Shown: positions 23,561 through 37,279 of the stretch, piece after piece
How the letters are laid out: each line of letters starts with the position of its first letter
Numbering within the stretch: the first letter of the stretch is position 1
From: Octopus sinensis
Lineage: Eukaryota
NCBI RefSeq assembly: GCF_006345805.1
Contig: NC_042998.1
Location: 207,080,001 to 207,144,000, forward strand
Length of the DNA: 64,000 nucleotides
Reading direction: 5' to 3'
The notes under the pieces: model-generated
Databases searched by the model: none
Seen by the model: the letters and a program-made list of their open reading frames with translations, nothing else
Told to the model about the DNA's origin: nothing
Translations under genes and position numbers: made by a program

Positions 23561-25299
23561 CTGTTTCAACATACAACTTCACATAAAAAAATCTTGCACA
23601 ACAAATATATATAGATATATATATATATATATATATATATCATCATCATCATCATCATCATCGTTTAACGTCCGTTTTCCGCTCTAGCATGGGTTGGACG
23701 GTTCGACCGGGGTCTGGGAAGCCAGGGGCTGCACCAGGCTCCAGTCTGATCTGGCAGTGTTTCTACAGCTGGATGCCCTTCCTAACGCCAACCACTCCGC
23801 GAGTGTAGTGGGTGCTTCTTACGTGCCACCTGCACAGGTGCCAGGGGGGTCTGGCATCGGCCACGATCGGTTGGTGCTTTTAACGTGCCACCGGCACGGA
23901 GAGATATATATGAGAAAAGAACATGGGCATGACATAGATACAGATAATCTGTGTGACAATCCAGATACAGATAATCTGTCTGTACAAGCAGCAGTTGGAG
24001 TTTAAAGCGATTAACATTAAAGCTGGAACCCATGTGGTTTGTCATGCGCATCCAATCATGCCTATATGTATGTATGTATGTATGTATGTTTATTATTGTG
24101 TCTAGACATGCTCATATATATTTCTTTATTGCCCACAAGGGGCTAAACATAGAGGAGACAAACAAGGACAGACAAACGGATTAAATCAATTACATCGACC
24201 CCAGTGCGTAACTGGTACTTTATTTATTGACCCCGAAAGGATGAAAGGCAAAGTCGACCTCGGTGGAATTTGAACTCAGAACGTAACGACAGATGAAATA
24301 CCATATTTAAATGATAAACTTCTGGAAAGTTTTACAGATTTTTACAGTTCCATTGATAGTCTTTGAATCAGCTTTCTCCTTTCTGGTTTTGAGAAGTCTA
24401 ATTTCTCAAGACTGGTATTTAGGCAATGTGGTACATATCCCAGGGCCCCAATAATTACAGGTATAATGCATGTGTATACACATCTTTCTCTCTCTCTCTC
24501 TCTACACACACACACTGCTTCACCATTTCTCTTTTATAAGGCTGAAATGAAAAGTATCCTCCAAACACCAGACATCGTCATTATTAAAACCACCAGCAGC
24601 ACTAGATCCTATACCACTATCATGAACCATCTTCAAGAACCCTAACAACAACCAGCTTCCACCATCACCACATCTACTCCAACCACTACCACCATCCCTC
24701 CTACTATCCTCATCCATACCAACTCTTCCTTTCCCTCTGTAGGACCACCACTTTTACCACCACCCACACTGCTGCCACCACCTGCAAGAACTCTACCGTC
24801 ACAAAAGCCTAATTTCACTTTAATGACAATCTACCCTACTATCGCCAATACCGCCACCACTACCACCACCACCACTCTTGTTGACCACTTTCTACTACAG
24901 CCACTACAACCACCACCATTACCTATTTCTTTACTACCCACAAGGGGCTAAACACAGAGAGGACAAACAAGGACAGACACACGGATTAAGTCGATTATAT
25001 CGACCCCACAGCGTAACTGGTACTTAATTTATTGAACCCGAGAGGATGAAAAGCAAAGTCGACCTCGGCAAAATTTGAACTCAGAATGTAACGGCAGACG
25101 AAATACTGCAAAGCATTTCGCCTGGTGTGCTAACGGTTCTGCCAGCTCGATGCCTTTCCATCACCATTACCATCACAAGAGACATGACCAGCTTGTACTT
25201 TTGTACAGGATGGCCATGGCTGGAACGTTTGTGTTTATGGTGGTCTTGTTTGATCAAAGGTGACTTGGAGTTAAACAATTGTTAACCACACACCACTAC

Positions 25300-26550
25300 T
25301 GCCACTATCACCAATACTAATTTCATGACCACCACCACCATTACCACCACTGATCCCTCCAATATACCTCTTGCCCTACCCACTACACTGCTAGCAGCGT
25401 TATCCACCCCACCATGACCACCACAACAAACACAACTTCAATCATCACCCTCACTACTACAGCCAACACACTACAGCCAACACACTACAGCCATCACTGC
25501 CGATGCTACAAACAACAGAAACACCTTCGGTGCCAGCACCACCACCACCACCACCAACACCACCACCTTCTGTAGTAACCCCACCAATTAGCCCACCATC
25601 CTCTCCCCTACCACCACCACAATCAATTTCTCTCTTCTCCTCCGCTACCATCAACCACCACAGCCACCACCACCACCACCACTACCACCATCAACACCTT
25701 CAGTAGTAACCCCTATCAATTAGTCTCCCATCCTCTCCCTGCCACTACCACCACCACCATCAACACCTTCAATAATAACCCCCACCAATTAGCCCACCAT
25801 CCTCTCTCCATTACCACAATCAATTTCTCTCCCCTCCTCCGCTACCATCCTCTCCCCGCCACCACCACCACCACTACCACCACCATCATCATCAACACCT
25901 TCAGTGGTAACCCCTACCAATTAGCCCACCATCCACTCCTCTACCACCACCACAATCAATTCTCACCTCCTCCGCTACCATCCCCACACCATCACCCCCA
26001 CCACCAAACTCCCCACCAGTGGTAACACCCTCTCCATTTCATTTACCCGCCCCTCCCCGCTACCCTCCACCCCCCCACCAACACCACCACCACCAACACG
26101 ACATCACCACCTTCAGTGGTAACCCCTACAATTAGCCTACCATCCTCTCCCTGACACCACCACCACCCCACCACCCCACCACCTACCACCACCACCACCA
26201 CCACCACACCACCACCACCCCACACCACCACCACCACCACCACCTACACCACCACCACCACCACCACCACCACCACAATCACCACCACCACACCACCACC
26301 ACCACTACTACACCACCACCACCCCACCATACTACCACCACCACCCATCACCACCACCACCACCACCACCACTATACCACCACCACCACCACCATTACCA
26401 CCACCTTCTGTAGTAACCCCTACCAATTAGCCTACCATCCTCTCCCTGACACCACCACCACCACCACCACCACCACCACCACCACCACCACCACCACCAC
26501 CACCACCACCACCACCACCACCACTACTACCACCACCACCACCATTACCA
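25300..26550. repeat. (CAC)n low-complexity tract with an embedded ~45-bp minisatellite unit
   Basis: cttcagtrgtaacccc(c/t)accaattagcc(c/t)accatcctctcc recurs 6 times. Confidence 0.85.
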
Positions 26551-26556
26551 CAACCA

Positions 26557-26779
26557 TGAGGTCAACATTACCAATGTGTGATGTAAATAGTACATGACAT
26601 CACAGGCCTCATCTCAGCCGCATAATAATGTGAAGGGGAGTGAGAGAGAGGAGAGAGCGAGGAGCGGTGAGAGTTGTTTACTTGGACTGACTGGGCTGCG
26701 GCTAAGAATAGATATTACCGCTACAATAACAACAACAAGAACAACGACGTTTACTGCCAGAATCTCCTGCGTTACATCA
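26557..26779. promoter_or_regulatory. Candidate enhancer or promoter island with clustered bZIP and FoxO motifs
   Basis: TGAGGTCA 26557, TGATGTAA 26579, TGACATCA 26595, TTGTTTAC 26674 and TTACATCA 26772, in a unique island between low-complexity tracts. Confidence 0.35.
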
Positions 26780-26829
26780 CTTGATTTTCTGTGTCTAGCT
26801 TCCTTGTAGAACAAAGGAAAGATAGGTGA

Positions 26830-26835
26830 GTGTGC

Positions 26836-26877
<42 letters not shown>

Positions 26878-27337
26878 AAAAAGATTGATGTGTGTGTGAG
26901 TGTATATATGTATATATATATACACACACATACATATATACATACACATAAAAATATATATATATACATACATACATTCATATATACATACATTATACAT
27001 ACATACATATATATATACATACATACATATATACATATATATATATACATACATATACACACATATATATATATATACATACATATACATGTACATACAT
27101 ATATACATACATACATTATACATACATACATATATACATACATACATCATCATCATCACATATATATATATACATACATATACACATATATATATACATA
27201 CATATACATGTATATACATACATGTACATACATACATATATACATATATACATACATACATACATACATACATATACATTCATATATACATACATATATA
27301 TATAATTAGATAGAAAGATAGCTAGATGCATAGATAG

Positions 27338-27380
<43 letters not shown>
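26830..27380. repeat. Compound (TA)/(CA)/(TACA) microsatellite; similar tracts at 35545-35780, 38240-38430, 50105-50625, 59600-60060, 60550-60800, 62930-63540
   Basis: Direct inspection; these tracts are the source of the long YI/HT/VC pseudo-ORFs. Confidence 0.95.
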
Positions 27381-28076
27381 TGTATACGTTTAAGACAGAG
27401 CGAGAGAAAGTGAGAGGAAGCAGTGAATTGGAAAGATAAGAGGAAATTATATAAAGAAGGTGGTGGAGTGGTGGTGGGTAGCAGAACAGAAAGTTAGAAT
27501 TAGAGAGAGACAGAGTGAAATAAATATGAAAAGGTAGACAGATAGATAGAGAGAGAGGGAGAGAGAGAGAGGGGAGAAGGTGGGTGAGTTAGAGGATACT
27601 TGACTTTTAAGGTTAAGAGTACAAAGAGGGAGATCATTGTCTAGTGTATGCATGAGAGATTTACATAGGCGTGTGTGTGTGTGTGTGTATGTAGATCTGT
27701 GAATATATATATTATATGTATGCATATATTATATATAAATTTTGAGCTCTGTGGTTAAGAATCTTGCTTCCCAACCCTGTGTCCTTGGGTTCAGTCACAC
27801 CGCGGTACCTTGGGACAAGTGTCTTTTACTATAGCCCCATGTTGACCAAAGTCTTGTAAGCAAATTTGGTAGACATGTATGTGTGTGTGTGTGTGTGCTT
27901 TGACCTTTGTTTTGACATCATGTGATGGCTGTGTTGTAAGAAGTTTGCTTCCAACCACATGGTTCTGGGTTCAGTCCCACAGTGTGATACCTTGGGCAGG
28001 TACCTTCTACTATGGCCGAGGGCTGACCAAAACCTTATGAGTGGATTTGTTTGATAGAAACTGAAAGAAGCCTGTC

Positions 28077-28111
<35 letters not shown>

Positions 28112-31100
28112 CATGTCTGTGTTTATTCCCCACCACTTCTTGACAACCGGTGCTGATGGGTTTACGTCCTTGTGACTTAGTAGTTTGGCAAAAGAGACTG
28201 ATAGAATAAGTACTATGCTTAAAAAAAGTACAGGGGTTGATTCATTTGAACTAAAAATTCTTCAAGGGAGTGCCCCAGCATGGCCGCAGTCTAATGATTG
28301 AAACATGTGAAAAATAAAAGATACGAGTGATATCGTTTGTTTCCACTGTTTCATGAAGAAATATTACCTTGCGAGGAAAACAGGCGAAGGTTGGCAGTAG
28401 GAAGGGCATCTGGCTGTAGAAATTCTGCCACAATAATTCCATCTAACATGGGAAAGTGGATATTAAATGATGATGATGATGATGATGATGATATTGCATT
28501 TTATTAGAGGTCGAAGCTTCTTAAATCAGAACTCTTAACATTGTTCAGTGTTTAAACAATTAAGAGTATGGAAGCAGTGTGACACACTGTCAGCAAAAAT
28601 ATTCGCAAATACATCAAAATATGATCCGGCAGCAGTGCATCAAGATTTGATTGATTGCCAAACAGAAACAAAAAAACAACAGCAACTCATGTTAGAGAAT
28701 GCGTCACACATTCACCTCTTCAATCTTCATGCACTGAACACATGATATTTTTATACATTTACATGCAAAACACGTGATGCCATAATGCCTGTAGTACCGT
28801 ACGGACATACACACGTGTGTGTGCTTGTGTGTGTGTTTGTGTAAATCGTTATTAATCCAAACAAGTGGAGGAAGAGAAATGAAGTTAAAAATGCACAGAC
28901 AATATACCAGAATTAATCAGAATTTAATTATTCTTTAAAATACAGGAACACACTCGACCAGTTTCATATTAGATTTTCAAAAGTGTATAGGATATGGAGA
29001 TGTGCCACAGATTATATTTATTAGTGCGTAGGCGTACGCATGGTAATACTGAGCAAGTGAATTAAGCAAGGAAGGTAGTCATTGTTAATAAAATTTTAGT
29101 ATTGATAAATAGACATTTAATGTTAATTATGGCCATATTTCATGATGTGGCAAATCCGTTATTTATGAAACAAACTATTATACCCATCTGGTAGTTGGAG
29201 ATTCTTTGATAAATTGCAATGAAAGCATCTTTAAGAATTTACCAATTCCAGTTTTTTTTTTGTTTTAAAATTGTAAAAGGATAGAACAGAATGCTACTTC
29301 TGTGAGTGACAAAATTCAGACATTCTATATAATTTATGTCAGGGACATATTTTGTGTAATAGGTCAAATGCTGATTTTTATCATCTTTTAAATTCCAGAT
29401 ATATTTGGAGAGTGAAGTGGTGAAGCACCTGTCAGAGTGGCTGAATGTTTTTTATTTGTTTTTTTTCTTTCTCGCTGCTTATCAAAATGAGAGGGATAGC
29501 ACTCATGATTTGTTATATTTCCAGGGCTTCTAAGGCTACTGAGAGAAATAGATGAGGTGACAACTTCCTGGGAACCTGGTTCAAATGCTTGCAACAAAGT
29601 TAAATAGAATTAAATGCACACAGGGATCAGCTTATAATGTTCGGCCAGACAATGTCTGTCACCCCAAACCCCAGAAAGCAAGGCTTCAAGACTGACATTC
29701 TAACATTTCTGTCAATTCACTGCCCTAGACTTGTGCTTTAATTTATTGTCTTTGAAACAATGATAAGCAAAGTTAATCTCAATGGGATTTGATCTCAGTG
29801 TGCTGATAGTCAGAAACCTATCAAAAGTTTTACACTCTAATGATTCTGTCAATTTGCTTTAATGTATATGAATATTGTTAGAATCTTATTTAAAAGTATT
29901 TTTAGTTAGTAGCTCTATATAGCTTTTTGTTTCATTGATATTTGGTCAGCCTAGATCAATAAACTAATGTTTTAGAAAGGCACAATTCTCAAGGAAGTAG
30001 ATATTAGTGTGGATTCAATTATATAGCATAGTAGAATTTTGTGTGTTCATAGTGGAACGGTTTCTTCTGTTTATCCTGGTTATGGAAGCAACAAGAGTTT
30101 TGGTGCAGTTGTAGCTTACCTTAAGACTACCTTGTTAAATATCTTATGTTATTTATGGTTTTTGAGGAAATACATATTAATAAGTTTGAGAAAAATTTAA
30201 GCAACATTTAAACTAGCGGGTGGATTTTACCATCCAATATTTCATTTTCTACTTCTGTGGTTATGAATATTAGTGTTGTACTTTATGTAAGGCAGCCTCT
30301 CTTTGAAGCCACTGTCATTTAATGTGACATTGCAGTTATTCAATTAGACAAGTTGAATAAGGTGACACTTGAAATCCAAAACACTCTACATATCTAAATA
30401 TATATCACAATTTAATAAATGCACCTTTTACTCTTTCATTCATTTGTTCCAGCTTATGGTCTGTGGCCATATTGGAGCAGCACAGTTATTGTTGCTACTC
30501 TTTCTATATAACCTGACTTATTTGGTTGGATTTTGATGACCATGGAAATCTGGTACTTTTGCCCTCATTTCGTCGTAGCTTTTGTCACAAAAGAGATTCA
30601 ACAAGAATCTCAAGTGTTTGTTGAACATATTTACAACAGCATATTGAAACAGCTGTAGGCTTTTGAACCCTTAGCAATTAGACTATCTGGCCCTAACTCT
30701 AGATAGAGATGATGGGATATTTGGCACTATCTGGTTGCAGTCACAGACCATAGATACCGTAAGACCTTTAATAGAAGTAGAAGTACAGTTACAGCATCAT
30801 AACACCCACTTCCCACAGACCATATAATATATACATCATCATCATCATCATTGTCATTTTGACATTCACTTTTCCATGCTTCTAGGATGGGATGCCCTTC
30901 CTGTTGCCAACCATCCCCTGTCTCCAAGCAAGGTAAGTATTTTCCCATGCACAGACATGTTCTCACAGAACATTGGAAATGAATGACACTGCTTGTATGA
31001 CAGGGATACTCGTTTACAACTACCAAGCAATGTCAAGACAAGGACACACACACACACACACACATGCATGTGTGCACAGGAAGTGCACTATTCCTAAATA

Positions 31101-31419
31101 AACACGATAAACTAATAAGAAATTTGAAAAGATTTTTAATAAGATTAAATGTGAACAGAGACATGTCTTCAAGATATTCTGTCCATGTGACACTGTATAT
31201 TATACATATGCATGTGTGTGTGTGTGTGTCTGTGTGCAGGTGTATGCTGATAATACTGAGGAAGAGTGTGAAGCAAATTACGTAACAGGCCAATTTGCAT
31301 GCGTAATACCAAGGACAGTGAGAGATAAAGAGAGAGAGAGAGAGAGAGAGAGAAAGATAGGGGTGGGAGTCATAGAGTGAATGCTGTGAGAGCATCCTAG
31401 CCAGCAACAACAACAACAG

Positions 31420-31454
<35 letters not shown>

Positions 31455-31462
<8 letters not shown>

Positions 31463-31679
31463 AAAAAAAAAAGTCAAGGTAGAAAATGCTAAAATAATTT
31501 TATAAAAAACATTTCAGTACCGGCTTCGGTCATTGAGACTTTTATCAACTCTAAGTATGGAAAACAATTAAATTTTGGAAAAATTAAAAGCAAAGTATTT
31601 TAAAAGAATATTTGCATACTGTTCAAATACAAGGGGTGTTTTCCTTGTTTTTGCCTGTCTCTGTGTCTCTTGTTTACTC

Positions 31680-31717
<38 letters not shown>

Positions 31718-31940
31718 AAAAAAAAAAGTCAAGGTAGAAAATGCTAAAATAATTTTATAAAAAACATTTCAGTACCGGCTTCGGTCATTGAGACTTTTAT
31801 CAACTCTAAGTATGGAAAACAATTAAATTTTGGAAAAATTAAAAGCAAAGTATTTTAAAAGAATATTTGCATACTGTTCAAATACAAGGGGTGTTTTCCT
31901 TGTTTTTGCCTGTCTCTGTGTCTCTTGTTTACTCATATAC
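31455..31940 (-). repeat. Two tandem ~255-bp copies of the Penelope pLTR segment also found at 20535-20770
   Basis: The two copies appear identical, are flanked by (TA)n and are similar to 20545-20770. Confidence 0.85.
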
Positions 31941-34567
31941 ATATATATATATATATAGTAGTGGTAAGTGGGACCACACCTGAGGGGCAGTGGAAATGGT
32001 GATGGAAAGATTGATGAATGTCAAAGGAAGAGTGACCAGAGGGAGAGGGAATGACAGTAGGCAACGCAGGAGGATAATGGTTGGGGGTGGTGGTCAGCAG
32101 TTAGTAAAACCACTTTATCCAACTATCCAGATGCAGAAGGACAAAGGAGGTTGGTGGGGCAGGGGTGGATTGAATATAGCAAAATCCGAATGTTTGCTTC
32201 TGATTTGACAGGCAGTAAAGTACAGTGAATGGGAAGATGAGGGAGAAGATATTGGATGAGGGAGAGAGAGAGGTGATGTAGCATGGATAAGGGCCCACTG
32301 TATATCACCCATTAATATGGCCCTTCATCATCCCTTTTGTAAAATGTAGCATCTTTTCATCAGTCTTTGCTACCCTGCTCTGAGTCTTCCTCTGTCTCTC
32401 TCTCTTATCCACAGACATCATTCACTTTAAGTGCCAACCATTTCCTTAAGCTGCCATAATCCTCCTTACCCATCATATTGCCCCATATACCTGTTTCTTT
32501 ACTACCCACAAGGGGCTAAATATAAAGAGGACAAACAAGGACAGACGAATGGATTAAGTCGATTATATCGACCCCAGTGTGTAACTGGTACTTATTTAAT
32601 CGACCCCGAAAGGATGAAAGGCAACGTCGACCTTGGTGGAATTTGAACTCAGAACGTAACGGCAGACGAAATACCGCTCAGCATTTCGCCCGGCGTGCTA
32701 ACGTTTCTGCTAGCTCGCCGCCTTATACCTGTTCAAGAACAGTCTCCTGTCTTGTACACTATTCAAATTCTCTCTTATATCTCAGCTCATTTCTACTTCT
32801 GCATCATTACACACCATCATTCCACATTCAGCAGGTCCTGCTTGCTTCATTCACTCTCTTCCAAAATCCAACATCACACACAAACAACATTCAAACTGCC
32901 CTTGACTTTGAGAGAGAGAAGCTGTTCTTCATTGCCAACAATGGTCTGGGCTCCTTGAAAATTTTTCCAATCCCTTTTTACTCTCTGTCACCAGACTTAT
33001 TGAACACCTTACCCCAGATCCCATTACAAATTAGATCATTTGGGAAACAAAAGCTATCATTTATTTCTCTGGAGACATCTAGCCATTTGAGTGAATCTCT
33101 CAAATATTCTTAAAGCCTATTTCCGCCTCTGTAGCTGATGTGTATAAAACCTATTTTCTCTTTTAGTCCACTTGTGTCTGCCCCCGCCCCTCCACTGCAC
33201 CTTTTTTACCCACTGTATACATGAGGTACTTTTTTGCAAATTTTTACCAATTCCTTTTCTGCAAACAAAATTCAACCATTTCTCTGATGGTAGCAGGATC
33301 TTATCTCCCTGCTTACAAAGACTTTTACTTTTAGGCCCTTAAAATCCAGGTTTTGCTTCCATGTCAGGAATTGTTTCAGTTCTTCAGAAGAACTACGTCC
33401 TCATTATACTAGAGTACTTAAGGACTCAAATGGTCTTAAATGATGCTGCTTTCAGAGGTATGATGAATAAAAGAGGTCTGCAAACAAAGTTCTGACAGAC
33501 TCATACTTGCAAGCTGAATTTGTTGCTAAAATCATTGCCGACTGCCCTTCTGTACATGGTTTCTAAAGCCCTCACAGACCTATTTCTTTGCTACCCACAA
33601 GGGGCTAAACACAGAGAGGACAAACAAGGACAGACACACGGATTAAGTCGATTATATCAACCCCAGTGCGTAACTGGTAGTTATTTAATCGACCCCGAAA
33701 GGATGAAAGGCAAAGTTGACCTCAGCGGAATTTGAACTCAGAACGTAGAGACAGATGAAATACCGCTACATTTCGTCCAGCGTGCTAACGTTTCTGCCAG
33801 CTCGCAGCCATAAAATCCTCACAGACCATTCATCTCTCCCTAGTTTCCAAAGTGACAACCAAATCCCAGAGTGAAAGGATGCCAAAAGGTGCCTCCAAAT
33901 CACCGGAATCTAGGTACCAAACTTACACCTATCTAAGTACCTCTCTTGTAGTTGTCTCATTAACAAAGTGATATTAGCCGTACCTCTTATTGGCACAAAG
34001 TCAAACTTCATCTGAATCCAGGAAAACCCTGTTTCCAATTAATTTCTGGCAAAACCTCTTCTCGTTCCTTCCATGACATTCACCAACTGTTTCACACCTC
34101 AGAGTCACTTTGCTTTCTCACTTTTTCGCATTTGTTCTTCACCTGCGAGTCTTTTTTTTTCTTTTTTCATCTTTTACTCGTTTCTGTCATTAGACTGTGG
34201 TCAGGCTGGAGCACTGCTTTGAATCATTTTAGTTGAATGTATTGGCCCAAGTACTTATGTTTTTTGAAACCTGGTACTTATTCTATCAGTCTTTTCTGCC
34301 AAACTGCTAAGTTATGGTGATATAAATACACCAACATTGGCTGTCAAGCAGTGGTAGGGGACAAACTTACACACAGACACACACACATACACACACACAT
34401 ACACATAAAAACACGATGGGCTTCTTTCAGTTTCCATCTACCAAATCCACTCATAAGTCTTTGGTTGGCCCAAGGCCAAGATACTTGTCCAACGTGACAT
34501 GCAGTAGGATTGAACCTGAGACCATATGGCTAGGAAACAAACTGCTAAATATACAGGCACACTTAAA

Positions 34568-34621
<54 letters not shown>

Positions 34622-35718
34622 ATTTTCATTTAAAATATATGACCGTAATCATATTCTTTTCTACCCTAGACACAAGGCCTGAAATTTTTTGGGAGGGGGC
34701 CAGTCAATTAGATCGACCCCAGTACACAACTGGTACTTAATTTATCGACCCTGAAAGGATGAAAGGCAAAGTCAACCTTGGTGGAATTTGAACTCAGAAC
34801 GCCAAGCATTTCGCCTGGCGTGCTAACATTTCTGCCTGCTCACAGAAATCCTATTACACAGTGTTATCAAGGCGTAGCTTTATATTTATAAGTATGTAAA
34901 AGTACACACATTTTTATTTATATCTAATGATATATACATCTTGATACACACACACACACACACATACACACCACACATATGTGTGTTTGTGTAAATTTTC
35001 TGAATGTCAGAATTACCAAGAAAATACAATTGTCTGAATCTGTAAAATAAACCAGGTAAAGAGAAAAATTCTGACATTCATAAACACGAGCGTGTTTATT
35101 TTTGTTTATATCTGTACCGATGACAGCTTCTTTGCAGGACATAAATATACGGTGTTATTTATGAATTTAATTAGCAGAAATTCAATTAAGAAAGAAATCC
35201 GATGGGCTGAAATCTAATAAAGACAAAAGAAAAAAAAGGAAAAAAGAAATCCAATAACATTGGAAGAAAAACCATTTGTTAAGAAATGAAGAAGCACAGA
35301 AACTAAATTCTTAAAATAGTTTGAGAAATTCAATTGAGAGGAGGCGGAGTTTAGCAAAATGTATGAATGGAGACAGTTTACTACTTGTGACTTCAGGTAG
35401 CAGAAGGACACAGAGGACACACGGACACACACACACACACACACATGTATATATAAATAACATTATGAATGACTTTTATAGAACAGGTTCGAATGTATGG
35501 TGGTGGTGGTGGTGGTAGTGGTGACGAGGAAGTTAATGTATATCAGACACACACACATACAGAGATACATATACCCACACATGTATACATATATATGTAT
35601 ACACACATATATATATATACACACACACACACACATATATATACACACACATACATATATATACACATATACACACATATATACACACACACACATATAT
35701 ATATATACACACACACAC

Positions 35719-35774
<56 letters not shown>

Positions 35775-36271
35775 GATGATGATGATATATATAAACACAC
35801 ATCCTGCTTTGTAAAGAAGGGCAACAACAATGCGGTGACATTCATGGGTTTTCCCAAAGGTATCAGTAGCTGGGGTAGGGGTGGGGGTGGGGAGTAAGCC
35901 CCCCCCCCAGGGACACTGTGTCTTTTCTGTTGTTATTATTAGAAAACTTAAGATACATACAAAAGAAGTAAAAGGTAAAATGGGATGTTGTGGCAATCAT
36001 CACTTCATCTATCAATAGTATATGTAGGGAGACAGACAGATAAATACACATATATATATATATGTATATATGTATATATATATATATACACACACGTGTG
36101 TATATATTTATTCACACACACACACATATATATATATAAACACACACACACACAGGTATATGTGTATATCTGGGTGTATACACACATGTATGTATATCTG
36201 TCTTTCTATCTATATATCAAGTTTCATTTATATTAATGTTTTTGTTTATGTTCAGTACAAATTTATAATTC

Positions 36272-36362
36272 GACAGTGACTTCGAAGTATCGGCCGGCTA
36301 AGCCATCATCAGACTGGCAGACTGACGACCGCTTAGCTGACCAAAACTTTGAAGTCACTGTC
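36272..36362. ncRNA. Back-to-back pair of hammerhead motifs (family E)
   Basis: Minus: GCCAGT CTGATGA T GGC TTAGCCG GCC GAT ACTTCGAAGT C ACTGTC (A14U). Plus: GGCAGA CTGACGA CCGC TTAGCTG ACC AAA ACTTTGAAGT C ACTGTC (degenerate). Confidence 0.7.
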
Positions 36363-36614
36363 AACAACATTCCTGTATAAGAATTTAAAAATAACCCATT
36401 TTTTTTCTTCATATATACATATATATAGATAGAAACACACACTCATATATAATCATATAGACAAATACACCAATACACACAGACATACATATATATATAC
36501 TCACACACACACACACTCATACATAAGTGGAGTTGATAATAATTACAGAACCAAAGAAATTATCCAAGAATTTAGTTTCTTTTCTTTTGGAATTGCATAA
36601 AGAACACATTTTAC

Positions 36615-36653
36615 CTTGCTGCAAGCAGGTGCGTCGTAGGTGGTGCAGGGCAT
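36615..36653 (-). CDS. Candidate coding part of an alternative first exon, MPCTTYDAPACSK (phase 0), probably RCAN
   Basis: ATG at 36653 follows a 5' UTR of about 420 nt with only one upstream ATG (3-codon uORF at 37007-37018). Donor AAG|GTAAAA. A competing donor AG|GTACTT lies just upstream of the ATG. No homology support. Confidence 0.4.
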
Positions 36654-37043
36654 GATGAAAGTACCTTCTTGTACTGTTTGAAACGGCTAAGATCTTGGAA
36701 CGACTCCCTTTCTCTTGGTTTTTACTTATTTTTGTTGTTGTTGTTGGGATCCCTTTTTTTCTTCCCCTTTTTCTTCTTATATCCGTCTTCCGTTAATTCC
36801 TTATACTTTGGTTTATCAATTTCTACACAGAGGCACCGCTGAGAAAACGGGTTCCACAGAGGCAGAGAGAGAGACAGAGTTGTAGGAGAGAGGTTATAGA
36901 TAAAGGTAGAGTATACTCTAGAGGAAGAGAGTGTGGGGCTAAGTCCACCTTGGTTAGGGAGTGAGTTGGATGAGGTTGGCTAAAGAGAGGATGTGTACCA
37001 AAGTACTCAGAGCAACATAAAGAATCTCGACAGAGATCTGCTA

Positions 37044-37106
37044 GGTCTCTCCTCCAAGAGTGTCGGCTGGTGACTGAGCTGCTGCTCTCTCACTGCTAGG
37101 CTTATA
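37044..37106 (-). promoter_or_regulatory. Pol II core promoter: TATA, Inr and DPE
   Basis: TATAAG begins at -31 (37106); Inr TCAGTC has A+1 at 37075; G at +24; AGACC (RGWYV) at exactly +28 to +32 (37048-37044). Confidence 0.7.
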
Positions 37107-37279
37107 TCACACATAAGATTGAACAAACGGTAAAGGTGAGACGTGTGTGTGGAGGAAGAGAGGGAGGTGGTGGAAGGAGAAGGAGGAGAGGAGGAGGAGG
37201 AGACATCTTTATTCCATAAAAAAGTTACACAGAAATGTGAGGGTGTCGGTGGTGGAGATGTTATGAAGGTATAGGCAGA

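Noticed and set aside
30540-30630. SFRR peptide reminiscent of the RCAN RRM
   Set aside because: It is on the + strand (wrong for RCAN), the surrounding residues do not match, and a stop follows.
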